The translations under genes and the position numbers were made by a program. Of a stretch of DNA of 40,208 nucleotides, positions 10,571 to 40,208 are shown piece after piece. Origin of the DNA: Catajapyx aquilonaris (taxonomy: Eukaryota); contig JYFJ02003555.1 in NCBI GenBank assembly GCA_000934665.2, positions 1 to 40,208 on the forward strand. The letters run 5' to 3'. Each line of letters opens with the position of its first letter. Positions within the stretch are counted from its first letter, which is position 1. The notes beneath the pieces are model-generated. The model had not been told where the DNA came from. It ran no database searches and saw only the letters and a list, made by a program, of their open reading frames with translations.

Positions 10571-12299
10571 ATCGTATGGATTTAAACATCGCATTTATTG
10601 ATGCTATTTAACTTAAATGTGATTATCATAATGTAACACTTGACGTCATATTTGGAGTCTAATCATTTGTCTAGTAAGAATGGGGCACCATGCGTTATTA
10701 AAATACCATTAATTTCAATTTAGATTCTGCGCGCAGCATTTAAACGTGTAGTTATTATTATAGGCTGTCTTCAACATCGAGTATTTACTTGCAGTAATTT
10801 AATGATGATTTACAGTGGTAATTGAGTAGAATTTATCTATGGTATAATGCTAAATATGAAATAGCCGAATATGGACTACAGAATATTGATAAGATTTCGC
10901 CGTGGCGTATAAGTTGCGCATAATAATTATATTAGGGTATGGGACTCTTGTCCTTTCTTTTGTGGAAGATAAAGCAATAAGCCATGCCTCAGTTTTAGCA
11001 CCTGTTTTTAAAGATAAACTTTGAAGTCCGTCCGTTCATTTCAGATTTCACTCGTAAACATTCGTTTAAAAAGGTGTATCATCTCAATAAATCATGCTGC
11101 ATATCGCGTTGCTTCTCGGGCAAGTTGTGCCGAATTCTCGAAACTATCTAGATTTAATTGCGCTATATCCTTGCGTGTTGTAGGCGATATTTATCAGAAG
11201 GAATTGTGCTTTTTTCATATTCCGACTGTTAAAATAATCACAAAGCCCCTTTTGCGGGGAATGATAACTTAGTAGTAGCCGCGATCAATTGAGTGATTCT
11301 TGAAAACAAATCGTAATTTAAGGTGTTTCTGTTTAAAATCCACTATAAGTTTGTGTCATTAAGATGTTTACATACATATACACCTGCATGCGGGGAAAAT
11401 ATAAGTTGCGTGGGCACTCCAACGTGTGGGGAAAAGTGGCATTTATCTCCGGGTGATATCTACTGTTACATGATCGTGTAAGCCTTTACGAGATAAAGAA
11501 TGATATAATAATGTACTTTCAACATGCATAATTTATGATGCCATCTTTAAAAATGCACAATATTCATTCTATAGATATCTCCTGTCGCCAATCATAACTG
11601 ACTGTTTCAGAATAGCCTATATGCCACACTTACAATTTATTTCATATTAAAGGAAGTGAGTAGATCATGTATGGAATTGGCATATGGCAAGTATAGTTTA
11701 AGCTCTATAAGGACCATTCTTTAGCTTTCGCATATCCCTCATGAAACATTTTCAGTAGCCTACACTACAGGCAAAATGTACGGATTGTGAAAAATGACAC
11801 GTACTTTCATCTCGGAGAATACAGTGTGTAAACTGTAACCTGTAACCTAGATATTTTTGTGTAGACCGGTGTAGACTATAGATTCATAACAGTGTATAGG
11901 TTTCCAGACAATATACGCGTATGTCGGTTACAAATTTGGGGAAACAATAAATTATTGTAATAGGCTTTGATTCGAGGGGGGGTCCCTATATGTCCAGAAA
12001 ACGTAAGGCATACGGTAACGACGTACAGTACTGAGTTCATGCTGCCTACGGATTTTTACACCCATTATGAAACATTCCCTACAATTTATAGTTAAAATTT
12101 ATTTCACAGAAGAATCACGTCCCTGCAAAGAATAGTTTTGTTACGAATTTCTCCGCATTTTGGGCCAACTGCCCCGAATTATTACCCAAAAAATATAGGC
12201 CAACCGAGATTAGCACCAGTTGCATTTGCAGCTCATTTCTGTAATTCTGGAACTATTACAGGACACTATTACTATTACATTTTGAACATCTCGCTCCAT

Positions 12300-13030
12300 C
12301 CGCATCCTTCATTCGAACCAGCCGCCATTACATGAAAGCACGGCGTCAAACCTTAGCATTTCACTTCTGCAGCGGCGGCGTGAAGACGCCAACTCGATTT
12401 TATTTAATACTAATTTAACTACCCCACAAATCGCATTTAGACTACATTATCAAGATGTATAACATGCCTACCTATGCTAAACACGCAAATAGTTGCAAAA
12501 ATGGTGTGGCAATAGGTATGAATTAATTCTGCAAAAAGCGATTGGAAAAAGTAGGTGTGGATTCCAGGTGGCGACGGCGTATCAGAGCGGATCGTATTAT
12601 CAGCCCTGAAGTGGTATTTAATGTCACTGGCGTTTATGTTCATTCATGTTCGGTAATGTTCAGTCTGCCGATAGCCCCTTAGAGCTCGTCAAGTAGCCGC
12701 AATGTAATGATCTGCCCCAAAAATTCATTTTCAAGCTGAAGGAAAAACTCGGTGATAGAAAGTGCCATAACGCACTTATCGATACCGCATGGAAAACTGG
12801 ATATAATTGGAGAATTAATTAACTAAAACGTGAAATTACAATTGGATAAATTCAACGGGACTGTATTAGTGCCCCCTGCACCCGAATTAAAAATTCAGGG
12901 GCACTGAGGTTCGAGTAATTAATGTTTCTTTTCTAGAGTTTAAATTGCATTTATCTTAATGAACTTGGTACCTAAATTTTTAATTCGCGTACCAAATTCG
13001 CTGTGGCTGTATCAACTTTCAATATCCGTA
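12300..13030. repeat. Diverged non-coding duplicate, copy B
   Basis: Same collinear blocks as copy A; boundaries approximate. Confidence 0.75.
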
Positions 13031-13692
13031 ATAAAATTCGAGCTAGAACGAGCCAGTACCGTAATTAACCGGTCATTACAATTAACTTAATCGCAATTAA
13101 CTTGAAACCGCGCTCCGAATCGACCCCATTAATTTCTGAAACAGCCCGGTATTTAATTATTCATTTTTTAAAATTAAGTTGTTAAACATATTTAATCACA
13201 TTTAACTTCCTCATTAACATCGTAGTTAACCGCATTCTCACTCGTTTTTTTTGTTTATGTTTGCTTTTTCGGCCCTTTAAATGTGACGTCACTTATCACA
13301 TGGTCCAACCTTGACATTGAACCGCCGCTCACGTATTGTTTGGCCTAGCATACCATGTGCAAGTTTGCGTCCTGGGATAAAACTGAACAAAAATACAAGG
13401 AGGGGTGGCAGGGGGAAAAAAATTTGTCTGGGTGTAACGCACCTGCCCCTATTTAAATGCATCGTTTTTTTATGCGTCTACGCACCTGCAGAAAATTTCC
13501 CGTTTTTACTCAAAGGGGGCATTTTTTATTATTATTGTTATGTTGCGTGAGGTCAAGTTTGTTTACTACGAATGTTCAGCTAGTAAGCGAAATTACTCAA
13601 TGGTACCGGCCAATATGTAACTATGCTGGATAAACACATTTTTCTAGTACACCCACGCATACATTGTACTGACCAATTGCGATGTAAACGTC

Positions 13693-13812
13693 GTCACGTG
13701 CACGTCCAATCAGCCAATAACAAGTCGGGGCCGAGCAGGGCGTCCCTTGTAGATGTTACTTAAGACCGCCCTGTCTATAAAACCCAGATGTACCGACTGC
13801 TCCTTTGGCCAG
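13693..13812 (+). promoter_or_regulatory. Candidate TATA-type Pol II promoter
   Basis: GTCACGTG E-box 13693, CCAAT 13706 and 13714, CCGCCC 13766, TATAAAA 13776-13782 in canonical order. Confidence 0.5.
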
Positions 13813-15149
13813 ATGTCACCGGATCTGTTAAGAGTATGGTGGATTGTTGCATATGTGGGGAGATTCGTGGGAACAGGCGAAATTCATTTAGACTGATGGA
13901 TGGTGGTGTGAAGGTAGGCTGGTTCATTGGCTTGTAAGTAACAACTGGTTTACTAGAGGTTTGACATGGGATTTTACTGACAAAGAGGATCAGATGATCA
14001 GTTGCAAGAGATAAGTTTTGTCACTTCTGGAATCTGAAACTTACTGGTCTATTTGTAGCGTCCGGTATGAAGAACCGGCTGATGAAGGAATTTACTCGAT
14101 AAACTAACTGTAAGTTATGTAAGTCGTTTTTTGAATGTCTAGCGCCAAAATTTTCATGCGATGACAGGTGCCATTATGTCAGGTGCGACATTGAAAAAGC
14201 TGAATTTGCTTTACATACACATATGACACACCGGTACAAACTGGTGTGTATAAGAAAGTGATGTAAACAAAAGGTCGAATTTTCGGCTAATTTTGACATA
14301 AGTTATGCCGTAACTTTCAGATGACATAAATTACATTGCGAAAAGGCACAACATTTGCATCTCTCGTTTTTTCAAACACTTTGCATTGTTTCATTCGCGG
14401 CGCATTTCGTTCCTTTGTGCCCCCATTTCTGCATGGGATTACTCCGAGGTGAAATTACACTTGTTAGTTGTTACCTTCGTCCAGCAATTTACTTTGGTCC
14501 AGGTATTGGATAGTATCGGCTCTTCTACGAGTACGCTCCTATCATTTTCGCGGGCTCCGGCTTGTAGGGTGCGAAATAAGGGCAAAAATTCAGCCCCTAA
14601 CAATCAACTAGTCCGCCACTATATTAGGCGGTAATCGCATACATATTGCTGCCGAAATAACTAACAGTGTTCGTACTACTTTATGCAAATATGTAAAAAA
14701 ATCTGACGGATATGCCTAGGACATTTTGCATCAGTATTATTAACATTGTATCTGGACTGTTGATGCAACCAGGCAATGTCTGTTTGGCTATCATTGTTGT
14801 GCACATAGTTCGACTTACATCAGACGCCTGCAATACTAATTTTCGCACACTAATTACGCGTATTGAATATCAATGTGTGCGAAATTTCCGTTCAATTTTT
14901 AAAACATTTTGCATTTGAAACATATGCTCAGCTTGTGTATAATTGCAGCCATATATTACAGCGGACTGTTTGTGTACTTAACGTGCTAATTTTGATTTTA
15001 AACGATAGTGCACATTAGCGTGGTTCTTAGGTTCTGCACTGGCAGGTTGCAAGTACCGGTCCGCGTCTTCTTTTTGACGCGTCCCGACCGCGACTCGGAC
15101 GATCCCAATCTTTCAATTCTGAGCAACTTATTTCCTGGCCCTTTGGGGG

Positions 15150-15420
15150 TCCTTTCCAGTGTTCGGGCGTCTCCGTGTGACGTCACTCCCCCGTACCGAG
15201 AGGGGGGGGCCGCTTCGTGCTTGGAGCCTCCCAAGCAGCCAATCCGGAGTCAGAATTCAGGTCACATGACTGGCGACAGCCAATGGGAAGGCCGGATTGG
15301 GACTGGCCGGGAAGGAGGGGGGCAGCGGCGTTAGGCTCATTAATAGTCGGAAATTCTGTGACAAGCGTAGAAAAACTTTTCATCAACAGGCCGCCATTTT
15401 GAGCATCGGTGGGGACGAGC
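15150..15420 (+). promoter_or_regulatory. Probable CBP main promoter (CpG/GC-rich, TATA-less)
   Basis: CRE GTGACGTCAC 15177-15186, CCAAT 15239 and 15280, ATTGG 15296, E-box GTCACATGAC 15261, YY1 GCCGCCATTTTG 15390; GC-rich island to ~15930. Confidence 0.65.
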
Positions 15421-17543
15421 CTTCGCGGGGGGAAAACGGGGGAACAAACTCTTGGGGTGCCCCGCTCTTCCCTGGTTCTAGGATCCGCGGATAGGACAGC
15501 GGGAAGGAGGGAAGAGGCGGATAGGAGAGACTGTCCGACGCAGTGCCGGAACTGGAAACCTGGCCCGGGGGCGGCCTCGGGGCCAAAAAAATTTTAATTC
15601 GGCTCCCCCTCTATACAACTCCAGCCCAGCCTAGTCTCCCCGCCCTATAGTGCAGTGAGATATGAAGCCGTATCCCAGGCCTACTAGACCTCCGGACAGG
15701 TCTTGATTCGGAGCAACTTAGGACACACTTTTTTGGGGGATTCGGTTTTTTCCGGGGGTTTGAGATTATTGAGGAGGGGAGAACTGCAGCATCGGTTTTT
15801 AAAGTTGAGAGGGCGAGATGTGCCTTGAGGAGAGGACGTCGGTCCAGGCGACGGAGGCGACGGCGGCACCACATAGGACGGGGCCGCCCAGGAGTTTCGC
15901 GCGCGTCTGAGGAGACACACTCAAGATTCCCAAGGTATAGCACAGTGGGAATGGATTTTCATTTGGGAGAGATGAGGGATGCTGGGGGCTCATTTTCAAT
16001 GATGCTTGGGGTTGCTGAGATGTGGGGCTGTGTAGCCGTAGCAGACATGACACTGTATGCACCCGAGGCTTGCATTTTGGAAAACTGCGACAGCCAACGG
16101 ATGCTGGCGTTTCACTGGCACTTGTGATGCTCATCATCATAATAATTGTTAAAGAGCAGGTTGTGGTTATCGCACGAGGGAACTTGTGCAGAATGAGTGT
16201 AGCCAGCATTTTGAAACCTGACAGATTTGGGAGTTGAGCCTCAGCGTGTAGTTACAATGTGCTTAGATTTAAGTAGTGTTTGGACCAGAGTTGGAGATTT
16301 TCTCTCTCTGTCGACAGTAATTTGATAAAAGTTGGGGCCTGCAGCAACAGCAGAATTTGTGATCATCGTACAGTGGGATTCAACGAGTTGATGCAATGCT
16401 GAACATTGTGTGTTATGAAACGAGTGTGAATTTGACAAGGTGTGTGCCTCGCAATTGTGAAGTGAAGTGAGTGACCAGTGATAACTCTCCCTGAAAGTGA
16501 ATTCAGTGCTTTGTGAAGTGACTAGGCCTGGCTCCCTAAGGGGCGAGTCCTTCAGCTGTGTTGGGCTGATTTAAGGCAAAGAAGTGACCGTGAAATTAGT
16601 TAATGATTAGCATTTGATCGTGTTCGTTGGGATATCGGTTAACCACTGCATAATCGGGGAATGTAATGACAGGATACAGTGCTGTGATTTGAAATAAGTA
16701 GGTAGTGCCATTGCCTTTCAACGCAATCCGTATTAAGGACAACTGGCTCGGAATTATCTGTAATAATTGAATTAGAACTTTTGCATGCATGTGCTTTGGC
16801 ATTAGGAGTTACAAGATAGCACTGTTTACAGGTCTGCGTAAACGGAATGGAGCGATGTTTTGAACCGCTTGTGAAAAGCCAAGTTAAGTGAAGGGCTTGA
16901 CTGCAACAACAGTTGTCAAGCAAGAAAAAACTTGAATTTGCAACATTTTCATTGGGATAAGTGCAACCCATGTTGCTATTAACAAGCCTTTTTACCTTCG
17001 TTAAAATAAAAGCAGTCATTTATGCATTGCGGTTAGAAGCGAATGTGTAATTTTTACATTTTAAGGATCATTATTTACATTAAAGTCCAAGCTACATTTC
17101 TGAATGTAGGCTTACCTTACCATTGTGCTCAAGCCATTTGTTACGGTTTTTTGACATTTAATTTCTATGGCTACTCTAAAAACTACAATTTGAATGTAGT
17201 GGATCGCAGTTAGATTGCTTGTAATCTGCCTCATGAAAGGGGTTTGACAGTATTCACAGTGGTTAATGGATATCTGCATCGGTTTTTGGCCAAGATTCAC
17301 TCTCCACAAAAAAGTCAGTGCGTCACATTATCATATCCACGTTGCGAGGTACATACTCTTGTAGAAATTAAGAGGTGGACATTGTGCTCCGATACAACTT
17401 TCTATGAGCCCAGGTCCAAGACAGAACACTTGATTTTGTGAAGGTTTTTGCGGCCAGTTGAGTAATACCTTCCAATTTTGTGTTACTAGGCTTGGAGAAA
17501 AGCCTGGAGGTCTGTGCCAGGTGTGGAGGCACAATTGACAGCC

Positions 17544-39965
<22,422 letters not shown>

Positions 39966-40208
39966 GTATGTCTTACGTAATTGTTAAAATTTGTTGGAAA
40001 GTGCAATAATTTACTGATATGCCATATGTTAATCTGTACTATATAGCTCAAACAGATTGTGTTGATATGAAATTTTACTCTGACGCAAATTCATCTCAAT
40101 CTTTTTGAGGGATATCCTCCTGAGACCTGGTGTCGACATATGTCGACATCAGCAAAATATTTTTTTGGCGCCAACCAGTGATGCCAACAGAACTGTAATA
40201 GGCTGGTA

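Noticed and set aside
15825..16127. Protamine-like Arg-rich ORF (MRRGRRSRRRRRRR)
   Set aside because: TTG start; explained by GC-rich CGG/AGG sequence in the CBP leader; no other support

Overview
Eukaryotic (invertebrate, probably arthropod) genomic DNA with two divergently oriented intron-containing genes. Minus strand 595-5848: a complete 8-exon ALKBH8 (RRM + AlkB dioxygenase + Cys-rich Zn site + Trm9-like methyltransferase, about 643 aa). Its last intron needs a GC donor and holds a 1.8-kb TTAA-flanked foldback element. Plus strand from a GC-rich promoter near 15.2-15.4 kb to beyond the window end: the 5' part of CBP/p300 (nejire-like), 12 coding exons traced with consistent splice phases (N-terminus, 64-Gln tract, TAZ1, KIX, Q/P-rich linker, SUMO-motif cluster). 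Introns and the intergenic region carry non-autonomous DNA transposons (Kolobok-like, hAT, Transib, CACTG/TA, Harbinger-like), a SINE-like relic and degraded Tc1 and integrase fragments. I see no unambiguous new multi-gene system. The best leads are: a mirror-image pair of CHR/E2F/YY1-like cassettes in a CBP intron (possible internal promoter plus antisense sORF); the foldback/GC-AG intron; an old duplicated ~0.75-kb non-coding module; and an orphan TATA promoter plus three perfect CRE sites upstream of CBP. All calls were made by eye without database searches.
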